DNA of 12,097 nucleotides from a virus, in the IMG/VR virus record IMGVR_UViG_3300045988_152913, positions 1 through 12,097 of that record. One strand, written 5' to 3'. Under the pieces are notes generated by a model that did no database searches, was not told the origin of the DNA, and was given only the letters and a program-made list of their open reading frames with translations. This document shows, in pieces, positions 1 to 7,954 of this stretch (position 1 is the first letter of the stretch; every line of letters starts with the position of its first letter). The translations under genes were made by a program, and so were the position numbers.

Positions 1-57
1 AAAGTAATAAGAGGGGGAAAAGTTAGTTCGAACTAACTCGCACTTTATCACGCTAAA
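1..57. repeat. Left inverted terminal repeat (ITR) of a linear protein-primed replicon
   Basis: Bases 1-57 match the reverse complement of 12041-12097 except for the dinucleotide at 29-30 (CG versus GA). The terminus reads 5'-AAAGTAAT, sharing AAAGTA with the phi29 ends. Weaker similarity continues to about position 76. Confidence 0.9.
21..38. repeat. 18-bp perfect palindrome inside the left ITR (AGTTAGTT-CG-AACTAACT)
   Basis: The sequence agttagttcgaactaact is its own reverse complement. Confidence 0.85.
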
Positions 58-76
58 ATGGTAAACCAATAAAGTG
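53..76. repeat. Degenerate three-unit 8-mer array (nTAAAGTG-like) at the inner edge of the left ITR
   Basis: The units are ctaaaatg, gtaaacca and ataaagtg. They sit at the position that mirrors the 7-unit array at the right end, and an inverted unit cactttat lies at 41-48. Confidence 0.45.
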
Positions 77-88
77 TTGAAGTAAGAC

Positions 89-117
89 TTGACAAAAAAT
101 CTCGTTTGTGCTATACT
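89..117 (+). promoter_or_regulatory. Near-consensus sigma-A/sigma-70 promoter for the structural operon
   Basis: TTGACA (89-94), a 17-nt spacer, then TATACT (112-117) with TG at 109-110 giving an extended -10 (TGcTATACT). It lies 22 bp upstream of the first plus-strand gene. Confidence 0.7.
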
Positions 118-139
118 TATATAAAAAGGGGGTGATTAG

Positions 140-322
140 GTGGAAATGTCAAGTATCCTTGAAATTATTTCAAGTGTTGGTTTTCCTATTGCTTGTTGTA
201 TTGCTATGTTTTTACAGCAAAACAAGATAACCGAAAATCACAAAAACGAAATGTCCGAAATGAAGAGCGCTATTGACAATAACACGGTGGCGTTAACAAA
301 ACTTATTGAAAAATTAAAGTAA
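140..322 (+). CDS. Small single-pass membrane protein, YvrJ-family-like; holin candidate
   Basis: The N-terminal hydrophobic segment ILEIISSVGFPIACCIAMFL resembles the YvrJ signature (ISxVGFPI) and is followed by a polar helical tail. The SD GGGGGTGA lies at 128-135. The start could be GTG 140 or ATG 146. Confidence 0.6.
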   Translation: MEMSSILEIISSVGFPIACCIAMFLQQNKITENHKNEMSEMKSAIDNNTVALTKLIEKLK

Positions 323-338
323 AGAAAGGATTTTTATT

Positions 339-1523
339 ATGACACTTGAACAAATAAGCACAATACTTAATACAAGTATTGTACCCGCAATTATGGGAGC
401 GGACTATACAATCAATCCCGACTTATCGAACATCGTTGACTTCGGCACGAAAATATCCGAGATGACCGCCGACCAGTTTAAAACCTACTTCAACGAATTT
501 TGCGCCGCTGTAAGAACGGTTTCCGATACAAGAGAGTACAGCCCCGAAGAATTACCGCTGTATGTTGACAGTGAGGAATACGGCGGTCTTGTCCAGTCTA
601 TAAAATCAGATTTTACTGAAACGAGAAATTCAAATCTCTACTCCCTCGTTGACGGTCAGACTTACAACGATGTAAATAAATACTTTGGTACATCTTTTGA
701 TAACAAAATTTTTGAAAAGGACGTTACATGGGGTATGGCAAAATCTATCCCCAACACTATGTGGAAAAAGGCTTTTTTAAATGCTGAAGGTGTATCACAG
801 CTTGTAGCACTCGTTGAAGTGTGGTATCGAAACACAATCCGCAGAAACAGCTCCGCTATGGAACACAATCTGATAAGCGGTCTTATCACAAAAGGCAAGG
901 ATATAAATCTTGTTACAATGTACAATGATATGCTTGCAACGGGCAAAATTGCACAGTCCGCAAGTACTGGTACTATTGGTGAAAACGCCACTGCGTGGAC
1001 AGAAGGCGAACAGGTCGCAGTGACAAGTGACAACTGCATATACAATAAGTATTTTATGCAGTGGGCGAGTGAAACAATTGCAAATATTATTAAGGTCGCC
1101 CGCTTTGCGAACAAGAAATATAATGACGGCACTGTATCAACATACACAACGGAAAGCGACAGTATTATGATTTATAATACTATGTTTGCGAACAGAATGA
1201 AGGCATTAAACATTGCCGACCCAACAGGCGCAAAAATATATGATACTCCGTTTTGGAATGCACAGACTGATAGTTTGATACCTACAATCAAAAACAGTGC
1301 GCACGTTATCTATACCGATGATGGAGCGGAAACAGGCAACAAAAGTAAGGATTATGTTATTGGTGTTTTATATGACCGCTGGGCTGTCGGCTATACTCTC
1401 ACACCGATTGCTCCCCGTATGGCATACAATGCGGACGGCGATTTTTACACACAGTTTACAGATTTTAACAACCGTTACTGGGTAGACACACGCAACACGG
1501 CAATTGTATTTACGCTTAACTAA
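339..1523 (+). CDS. Major capsid protein (phi29 gp8-like, HK97-fold candidate)
   Basis: It is 394 aa and the first large gene of the structural operon. The segment WKKAFLNAEGVSQLVALVEVWYRNTIRRNSSAMEHNLI resembles phi29 gp8 [38 protein letters not shown]. A strong hairpin follows the gene. Confidence 0.7.
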   Translation: MTLEQISTILNTSIVPAIMGADYTINPDLSNIVDFGTKISEMTADQFKTYFNEFCAAVRTVSDTREYSPEELPLYVDSEEYGGLVQSIKSDFTETRNSNLYSLVDGQTYNDVNKYFGTSFDNKIFEKDVTWGMAKSIPNTMWKKAFLNAEGVSQLVALVEVWYRNTIRRNSSAMEHNLISGLITKGKDINLVTMYNDMLATGKIAQSASTGTIGENATAWTEGEQVAVTSDNCIYNKYFMQWASETIANIIKVARFANKKYNDGTVSTYTTESDSIMIYNTMFANRMKALNIADPTGAKIYDTPFWNAQTDSLIPTIKNSAHVIYTDDGAETGNKSKDYVIGVLYDRWAVGYTLTPIAPRMAYNADGDFYTQFTDFNNRYWVDTRNTAIVFTLN

Positions 1524-1532
1524 CCTCAAAAA

Positions 1533-1565
1533 TATACCCCGTAATATATTACGGGGTATAATATT
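1533..1565 (+). terminator. Perfect 14-bp-stem hairpin after the capsid gene (partial terminator or mRNA stabiliser)
   Basis: tataccccgtaata/tattacggggtata pairs perfectly across 1533-1560 and is followed by the A/T-rich atatt. There is no clean U-tract, so read-through is likely. Confidence 0.4.
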
Positions 1566-1584
1566 ATAAGAAAGGAAGTGTTTT

Positions 1585-2055
1585 ATGAAAGCAACTTTTT
1601 ATAGTTCAACTGCCGAAAAAAATAAACTTGATAAAACAGAATTTTTGACAGGCAAAGCTGTAACAAATATACAGCTAAAAGAAAGCTGTGGAATGCTGAC
1701 CCCTGTTATAATTATGTCGGCGAATGTCACTGGTAAAAATTACGTTCATATACCTTTATTGGCAAGATATTACTTTATAACAAATATAACAAGGCTTGAC
1801 AATGACAGAATAGAAGTATCTTGCAAGGTTGATGTTTTAATGTCATTTAAAGATGATATATTAAAACTTAAAGTGATTGCTACACGGTCAAGTGATAAAT
1901 TTAATTATTATTTGCGTGATAGCGCAATAGCGATACAAGCTAATACGTTTCCGATTGTTCGCAGGCTTTCAAAAGGTCTTTTTCAAAGCAATTTAATCAC
2001 AGAAAATGATTACACATATGCTTTGACAGTAATAAACAAAAAGAAGGTGTTATAA
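1585..2055 (+). CDS. Tail-knob protein, N-terminal-domain-like (phi29 gp9 N-terminus)
   Basis: YYFITNITRLDNDRIEVSCKVDVLMSFKDDI resembles phi29 gp9 [33 protein letters not shown]. The SD is AAAGGAAGTG. The stop TAA overlaps the next ATG (TAATG). Confidence 0.5.
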   Translation: MKATFYSSTAEKNKLDKTEFLTGKAVTNIQLKESCGMLTPVIIMSANVTGKNYVHIPLLARYYFITNITRLDNDRIEVSCKVDVLMSFKDDILKLKVIATRSSDKFNYYLRDSAIAIQANTFPIVRRLSKGLFQSNLITENDYTYALTVINKKKVL

Positions 2056-4100
2056 TGGTAAAATGGAACGATATATTAAACGATGATTATAAAATCAAAA
2101 CTAACAAGGACTACCTTTCCGAATATTTTACTATTGCTGACCGATTTTATAGGAATTTAAGAGCGGCAGGGTTCGTATCCTGCAAAGAAGATTATAGATA
2201 CGGCAGTATATCCGCTTATAATGTTGGTTATTGTTATGCAGTGGACATTGACAAAGATACACTTCCGAGTTGCAAACCGTATGCCGCAGGAATAGATGGT
2301 TTTGGCTTTGAAGCTTTTCCTTTCGGAAAAAGTGACCCGCTTACAGGTTCAGGAAGTTGGAAGTTGTTCGGAAACTTTGTTAATATTTCCAATGCCTTAA
2401 CAAAAGGTGTTAATCATAATTTAGTAATATATTTGCAGTTGGAAAGTATGGCGGATAACGATATGCAGTATAGACAAAAAGCAATTTCTCCGCCCCTAGT
2501 ACCCGCAACAGAAGTAACTCACGATATGGGATTTGGTGGTAGTTACGAAAACACTTTAAACGATGATAAATTTGAAAATTATTATCGTGTTACTGCAATA
2601 ACTTACTATATCAATGATAATGATGGAAATTACAATGAATTAAATCCTAGGGAAATTTATAATGCAGATAGCGGATATTATACAAGCGTTGTTGTCCCTT
2701 TTTATTTGAACGGTTGGAAAGATAGCAGTACGTCCGAGTATGAAACAAAGGTGGCTTGTGTCGGAATATCTTTGGATAATTTGCTAGGAATTTATGCAAG
2801 TATTAAAACAAGCGATTATTATAATTATCGAGAACACGTTAATTACACCAATGGTATTAATGCCGACATATATGGATATGAAAATTTATCCTATTATGAG
2901 AATCCAACAGGGCAGCTATTTGGAAATTTAAATGAGGTTATAGGAAATACAAGATTAAGAAAAACAGTATATTTTACCAAAGAAACATTAACAAAAATAT
3001 TAAATGACATAGGAATACCATACACTTTTAACATAAATGAAGCCCTAAACAATAACACTTCTAATTTTACGAATTATAAACCGAGCGGAAAACCCGAAAA
3101 TCCCATATATCCACCATCGGGCGATGGCGATAATAGCTCAGATGATTTTGAGATTATTACACCTACATACAGCCCGTATGACAGCTACACAACAACATAC
3201 CTTTGCCGCAAAGCGGATATAAATAATTTGTCGAATTATATGTGGAGCGATGATTTTATAAATCAAGTAATCAGACTTTTTGAGAACCCGTCTGAGCTTA
3301 TAACAAACAATATATTTTTTCCGTATTCGCTTACGGAAAATCAAACTTTACCTGAACCCGAACAAATCACAATAGGCAATGTAAATGCTCCGACAAATAC
3401 AACTGGCATACCCTTAACGGCTTTATATAATCGCAGGCGCACAACTGACCCTTACGTTTATACCTCTTACTTTGGGTCATTTTTAGACTATGAGCCTTAC
3501 AGCCACTATCTTTTATATCTGCCTTATATAGGCTTTGTAAAGATAGACGGAAACGATGTTATAAAACACGCTTTACGGGTGGAGTATGTTAGCGAGTTAG
3601 AAACAGGAAATTGCACCGCTTATATTTACAGCGATACCCGATTAGTTGCACAGTATAACGGGGAGCTTGGAACACCTATAGGACTATCAAATACAAATCA
3701 AATACTTAAAAACTTAAAACTAACAGGTGCAACCGTTCAGGTTGCTTCGGGCATTGCGGGTGCAATTGCAAGTAAAGGCGCAGGCGGAACAAGCGCAATA
3801 TCAAGCGGTATTAGTGACTTTATTTCGTCATTTGCGGAACAAACAATTCACGCAGGCGATAAAGTCGGCGGTTTAAATAGTTTGTATTCGCCGCAAGATG
3901 TTTATTTAGTTGTTTTTCATGCAATTCCTGCTGAAGCGACAGGCACAACGGAAATCTTTGGCAAATCAGCAAGCTACGGCGGAACGGTCGCAGATTTTAG
4001 CGGCTTTTTACAGTGTTCTGCTGTTGACGGATACACAAAAGGAACAGACGATGAAAATAATGAAATTTTTGAATTATTGAGAGGTGGCATATATGTTTAA
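2055..4100 (+). CDS. Tail-knob protein, C-terminal part (gp9-like) with a large N-terminal extra module
   Basis: The Gly/Ala/Ser-rich loop ASGIAGAIASKGAGGTSAISSGI and the C-terminal end FLQCSAVDGYTKGTDDENNEIFELLRGGIYV parallel phi29 gp9 (GGGISAGASAAGGSALG ... [32 protein letters not shown]). A Pro-rich linker KPSGKPENPIYPPSGDGD lies mid-protein. Confidence 0.65.
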   Translation: MVKWNDILNDDYKIKTNKDYLSEYFTIADRFYRNLRAAGFVSCKEDYRYGSISAYNVGYCYAVDIDKDTLPSCKPYAAGIDGFGFEAFPFGKSDPLTGSGSWKLFGNFVNISNALTKGVNHNLVIYLQLESMADNDMQYRQKAISPPLVPATEVTHDMGFGGSYENTLNDDKFENYYRVTAITYYINDNDGNYNELNPREIYNADSGYYTSVVVPFYLNGWKDSSTSEYETKVACVGISLDNLLGIYASIKTSDYYNYREHVNYTNGINADIYGYENLSYYENPTGQLFGNLNEVIGNTRLRKTVYFTKETLTKILNDIGIPYTFNINEALNNNTSNFTNYKPSGKPENPIYPPSGDGDNSSDDFEIITPTYSPYDSYTTTYLCRKADINNLSNYMWSDDFINQVIRLFENPSELITNNIFFPYSLTENQTLPEPEQITIGNVNAPTNTTGIPLTALYNRRRTTDPYVYTSYFGSFLDYEPYSHYLLYLPYIGFVKIDGNDVIKHALRVEYVSELETGNCTAYIYSDTRLVAQYNGELGTPIGLSNTNQILKNLKLTGATVQVASGIAGAIASKGAGGTSAISSGISDFISSFAEQTIHAGDKVGGLNSLYSPQDVYLVVFHAIPAEATGTTEIFGKSASYGGTVADFSGFLQCSAVDGYTKGTDDENNEIFELLRGGIYV

Positions 4101-5067
4101 TAATAGCATTTTTGGCGGAACGTATGCAATAGATGATAATATAGATATATCAGTTATGCGTACAAGGCAGTATTTTGACTATTTAATAAAATATTGTTTT
4201 AATCGTTTTAAGTGGGATTTACCCGAAAAAAGCAGAATGCCGTATTTTTTGCCTGAATACCTTTTATCAATATTCGGACACTATGCAATATTTTATTCCA
4301 AAGATATTCCCAATGAAATAGTTTTTGTAACTGGTGGTTTTACGGGTAAAATAAATAGTTGGGGAATGTATACGGGCTATATAGGAATGACTCCGAACGG
4401 TGAAACCTACGAAGGCACAATAGGCGAAGATTGTGTTGTTATCGGTAATAACTCACTTTACAGACCTGATAAACAGATAGTTTGCAGATTTGCACATTTG
4501 TTAAACGAAATAGATAAGTCTTTAGACTTAAATATTTATAATACTCGATTAACAAAGGGTTTTATTGCCGACAATGATAAAGATAAAATGGCAATTGAAA
4601 CAGCATATAAAGCAGTCGGTGACGGAAAGCCGTTTGTCGCTGTCGCTCCTACGCATAGACCTATGACGGACGTACTAGACACTACGCAAGACGGGCTTTA
4701 TACTCCTTTTGATTTTACTACAGTAAAAGATGCTGATAAACTGCAATACTTATCCCGCCTTTATGATGACATAATCGGCAGATTTTTAGCGATGTACGGC
4801 ATTGACACAGGCAACGTTAATAAGGGTTCGCAGATTTTGGAAAATGAAATTTCCCGACTTGCAGAAGCTAGTGCTGTGCCGATAGAGGACGCATACCTCG
4901 CAAGAAAATACGGAATAGAGCAGTATAAAAAAGTTTTTAACCGTGACGATATTAAAATAACACGCTCTCCGCTTTATGGCTGTGATACGGCAATTAATGA
5001 AATCACTGAGGAAAGCAACGAGGGCGGAGAAATCAAAACCGAGGAAGGAGAAAATGAAAATGGCTAA
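4093..5067 (+). CDS. Portal / upper collar connector protein (phi29 gp10-like)
   Basis: YFDYLIKYCFNRFKWDLPE...FLPEYLLSIFGHYAIFY parallels gp10 [23 protein letters not shown]...FLEKSIHQFGYVGFY. VVIGNNSLYRP...FAHLLNEIDKSL parallels VVIYNNDMAFP...FAAELAELKEII. ATG 4093 follows the SD GAGAGGTGG; the ORF track opens at GTG 4084. Confidence 0.85.
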   Translation: MFNNSIFGGTYAIDDNIDISVMRTRQYFDYLIKYCFNRFKWDLPEKSRMPYFLPEYLLSIFGHYAIFYSKDIPNEIVFVTGGFTGKINSWGMYTGYIGMTPNGETYEGTIGEDCVVIGNNSLYRPDKQIVCRFAHLLNEIDKSLDLNIYNTRLTKGFIADNDKDKMAIETAYKAVGDGKPFVAVAPTHRPMTDVLDTTQDGLYTPFDFTTVKDADKLQYLSRLYDDIIGRFLAMYGIDTGNVNKGSQILENEISRLAEASAVPIEDAYLARKYGIEQYKKVFNRDDIKITRSPLYGCDTAINEITEESNEGGEIKTEEGENENG

Positions 5068-5932
5068 CTTGCTTAACTATACAGGCGAAAAAAGCCCCAT
5101 CACTATAGGAGATATGCAGATTTCAGACTCCCTCGGAACAAAACTGCTTGCCACTAGTTTAACTTTCGCAGACGCTTCCGTTTTTGCCAGTGGTAATGAT
5201 TTGTGTATGTTTTTTGGTGATTATACTAAGTCCACCTATGTATATAATCAGGGAAGTATATCACCAAGCAGTGATTTTATAACAACATTAAATAGATATT
5301 GGGATATAAGAAAAGTGGAATATGAAAAAATTAAAAATGCTATTATGGCAGAATATAACCCCATTAATAATTACAGTATGGAAGAAAGACACACAGGAAC
5401 GGACACAACCGAAAGCAAGAACAGCGGAACAGACACAACAACAGACACGCACACAGGAACGGACACACTTGCAAAAACTGGCAATGTTGAAAACGCAAAA
5501 GGCACAACACAGACAAACACGGCAGGCATAACAGCGACAACAACAAATGCGGCAGCGGAAATTACTAGCGTTAATCAAGTATCTGCATATGATAGCAATG
5601 ATTTTACAAATCACGATAAAAACACAACATCGACCCCTGAAACAACGCAGACGGTTGCAAATAGCGGAGCGGATACAATCGCTTACAGCGGTAAAGATAC
5701 AATAACAAACAATTTAACCGATACAACAACATATAACACAACTCAAGTAAGCAGTGTAAAATACGGACACAACACAGACAATACTACTACATACGATACA
5801 CTGTTAACCCGTGTAGGTAACATCGGTGTTACCACTTCGCAACAAATGATAGAAAGCGAATATATTTTGAGATTAAAACATTCGCTTATCGAATTATTCT
5901 TAACCGAATTTATAAGAAATTATTGTTTTTAA
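5054..5932 (+). CDS. Lower collar (gp11-like) protein candidate with a Thr-rich repeat core
   Basis: It lies immediately after the portal, as in phi29. A Thr/Asn-rich repeated middle (HTGTDTT twice) is followed by a conserved-looking C-terminus RVGNIGVTTSQQMIESE. The likely start is ATG 5054 or 5060 after GAGGAAGGAG; the 4976 start in the track lies inside the portal gene. Confidence 0.55.
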   Translation: MKMANLLNYTGEKSPITIGDMQISDSLGTKLLATSLTFADASVFASGNDLCMFFGDYTKSTYVYNQGSISPSSDFITTLNRYWDIRKVEYEKIKNAIMAEYNPINNYSMEERHTGTDTTESKNSGTDTTTDTHTGTDTLAKTGNVENAKGTTQTNTAGITATTTNAAAEITSVNQVSAYDSNDFTNHDKNTTSTPETTQTVANSGADTIAYSGKDTITNNLTDTTTYNTTQVSSVKYGHNTDNTTTYDTLLTRVGNIGVTTSQQMIESEYILRLKHSLIELFLTEFIRNYCF

Positions 5933-5947
5933 GAAAGGAAAATTATT

Positions 5948-6694
5948 ATGTTTAAAAATCATGTTATAGGTGCAAGAGATGAATTTATATCAGCCGACTA
6001 TAAAACGAGAAATCCCGATTACCCTACGCACAACGGAATTGACCTTGTAAGCTCCTCGGGTAAAGATTTATCAATCATTGCCATAGAGGGAGGAACGGTT
6101 GTAACAGCAGTTGACGGAATTGCGGGTCACGATGAATACAACACTTGCGGTAATTTTGTAAAAATCCGTCACGCTGACGGCAAGTTTACTAGGTATCTGC
6201 ATATGCTTAAGGATAGTGTTTGCGTAAAGGTCGGCGAAAAGGTCAAAAAGGGCGCAAAGCTAGGAATGATGGGAAACACTGGGTACAGCTTTGGAAAGCA
6301 CTTGCATTTTGATGTGTCAGACGGAACAGCTTTCGAAGACCCGTTGCCTTATCTTAAGGGCGATAAAAACTTCAATGTTCCACGTGGAACAGATTTTAAA
6401 AAGGGCGAAAAAGTAATGCTTAACAACGGCGCAAAATTTTCAGATGGTAGTACTCCTTTTGATTATGTATATACTACTGTGTATACTATATTAAATATAA
6501 GTAATGACAAAACAGAAGTTTTAATCGGAATTGACAATGCCCCGACAGGCTGGGTATACGCAAAAGACCTCACAAAAATAAATGATACTCCAGACGTTAA
6601 AGTCGGCGATACAATCAAAATCAACGGGAATATATGGGGTGTTGTAATCGGAATTAATGCAAAGGGCGATATAATAAAAGGCGAAAAGTTATGA
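5948..6694 (+). CDS. M23 (LytM-type) metallopeptidase peptidoglycan hydrolase with an SH3-like C-terminal domain
   Basis: The HxxxD motif (HNGIDL) and HxH motif (GKHLHFDV) are in the canonical order. The C-terminal ~100 aa have an SH3b-like pattern (GEKVMLNNGAKF...GWVYAKDL...VGDTIKING). Confidence 0.85.
   Translation: MFKNHVIGARDEFISADYKTRNPDYPTHNGIDLVSSSGKDLSIIAIEGGTVVTAVDGIAGHDEYNTCGNFVKIRHADGKFTRYLHMLKDSVCVKVGEKVKKGAKLGMMGNTGYSFGKHLHFDVSDGTAFEDPLPYLKGDKNFNVPRGTDFKKGEKVMLNNGAKFSDGSTPFDYVYTTVYTILNISNDKTEVLIGIDNAPTGWVYAKDLTKINDTPDVKVGDTIKINGNIWGVVIGINAKGDIIKGEKL
6376..6391. promoter_or_regulatory. Palindrome copy 1: TGTTCCA-CG-TGGAACA (perfect 16-mer), inside the M23 gene
   Basis: The 16-mer tgttccacgtggaaca is its own reverse complement. 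The same arms recur at 7853-7868 and 11016-11033. Confidence 0.4.
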
Positions 6695-7851
6695 CAGATA
6701 AAGAATACAAAGAAGCGATAAAGCTATACAAGTCTTTGCACTGCCCGTCAGACACTTTAAACATAATTGGTGATATTTTGCCGTATGAAAAAGCGTGGAA
6801 TATGATTCTTTCCCCCCGCTCAAGGGGAAAGACCACTAATCTTATTTTATGGGGTATGTGTTTAAATGCGACTTGCGGTACACAAATACAATATATCCGT
6901 CAAAGAGATAGTCAGTTAGTACCTAAACTATGTGGTAAATTATGCGATGTTATAAATATGCCAAAGTACAAATACATTGAAAAAATAACAAATGGCAGAT
7001 ATAATAATGTATGGTATTACGGAAGAAAATGGTATTATCGCCTAATTGATGAAAACGGAGAAGTTATAGAAAAATCCGAAACACCTTTTATGTCTTGCAT
7101 AGCTGTAGACCAAAACCAAAACTTAAAATCGGTGTACAATGCGCCTAACGGAGATTTTATAATCTTTGACGAGTTTTTAACAAAAAATGGATATTTGCCT
7201 GACGAATTTGTACTTTTAAATGACTTACTGAGTACAATAATCCGACAACGTGATACAGCTAGTATATATCTTGTAGGTAACTTAATAGACAAATATAGTA
7301 TATATTTTGACGAATTATACCTAACAGATATTATACAGGAAATAACATGGGGCGAGCACAGAAACGTAAATTGCGGCGGTACTGAGCTACACCTATTTAC
7401 ATTGCCACTTGATATGACAGCAAAGCGGCAGAAAGTAAATAAAAAATATTTTGGTTGGAATAACCAAATGTTAACAAGTATAACGGGCAATAAAGGCTTG
7501 TGGCAAATGAAGCAATATCCGAAACCGCCTAAAGGAGATTTTGAAGTTATTGACAAGGCATATATCTATAAAAACGGAAAGTATTGCGCAAGAGAGATTC
7601 GCAAAGACGAAACGAATCACTTATATATTATGATATATAGTGATACTTACGGATACAATCCTGACAGGCATATATTATATACGTTAAATAGCAAGGTGGG
7701 ATATAATAAAAAAATCCGCTTTGGGTTTGGCTTTACCTATACAGACGATTGCGTAAAGCGTTTAATTTTAGCCAAAAGGATATTTTTTGCAGATAATTCT
7801 TGCGGCGCTTTCCTTGACAGCTATATAAAAGATATTTCAACCTATAAATAA
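6691..7851 (+). CDS. DNA packaging (encapsidation) ATPase, phi29 gp16-like
   Basis: Walker A SPRSRGKTT (phi29 GARGIGKSY). QIQYIRQRDSQL parallels QFIYVRRYKPEL. Walker B plus downstream DFIIFDEFLTKNGYLPDEFVLLNDLLSTIIRQRD parallels IVFDEFIREKDNSNYIPNEVSALLNLMDTVFRNRE. The start overlaps the upstream stop (ATGA). Confidence 0.9.
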   Translation: MTDKEYKEAIKLYKSLHCPSDTLNIIGDILPYEKAWNMILSPRSRGKTTNLILWGMCLNATCGTQIQYIRQRDSQLVPKLCGKLCDVINMPKYKYIEKITNGRYNNVWYYGRKWYYRLIDENGEVIEKSETPFMSCIAVDQNQNLKSVYNAPNGDFIIFDEFLTKNGYLPDEFVLLNDLLSTIIRQRDTASIYLVGNLIDKYSIYFDELYLTDIIQEITWGEHRNVNCGGTELHLFTLPLDMTAKRQKVNKKYFGWNNQMLTSITGNKGLWQMKQYPKPPKGDFEVIDKAYIYKNGKYCAREIRKDETNHLYIMIYSDTYGYNPDRHILYTLNSKVGYNKKIRFGFGFTYTDDCVKRLILAKRIFFADNSCGAFLDSYIKDISTYK

Positions 7852-7852
7852 A

Positions 7853-7868
7853 TGTTCCACGAGGAACA
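7853..7868. promoter_or_regulatory. Palindrome copy 2: TGTTCCA-CG-AGGAACA (one arm mismatch)
   Basis: It starts two bases after the ATPase stop codon and lies just upstream of the bidirectional terminator. Confidence 0.4.
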
Positions 7869-7870
7869 AA

Positions 7871-7905
7871 AGAAGAGCGGTCATTTGCCGCTCTTTTCGT
7901 TTATC
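7871..7905. terminator. Bidirectional rho-independent terminator between the convergent operons
   Basis: The stem AAGAGCGG/CCGCTCTT (7873-7880 / 7888-7895) has a 7-nt loop. It is followed by TTCGTTTATCTTT on the plus strand and by CTTTTGTT on the minus strand. Confidence 0.7.
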
Positions 7906-7954
7906 TTTATTATAATGTATGCGCAGACGGTATATATTATACAAGTCAAAATAA

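Noticed and set aside
662-1147. Antisense ORFs from the six-frame track. On the minus strand: 662-1147, 3138-3344, 5288-5614, 5364-5546, 6654-6836, 7035-7556 and 11185-11382. On the plus strand: 1297-1485, 5322-5531, 8250-8501, 8798-9001, 10213-10677, 10840-11091 and 11149-11478.
   Set aside because: Each lies wholly inside, and opposite to or out of frame with, a gene that has clear homology or a strong SD. They lack ribosome-binding sites and have Cys/Phe/Leu-rich shadow-frame composition.
4976-5053. N-terminal extension of the collar-like ORF (track start at 4976).
   Set aside because: It has no SD and overlaps 92 nt of the portal gene. ATG 5054 or 5060 sits just after GAGGAAGGAG and gives the usual short overlap.
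7911-7950. TATAAT (7911-7916, plus strand) and TTGACT...TGTATAAT (minus strand, about 7925-7948) as promoters in the convergent intergenic region.
   Set aside because: No correctly spaced -35/-10 pair exists. Any transcript would run straight into the terminator or antisense into a gene. These are probably AT-rich chance matches.
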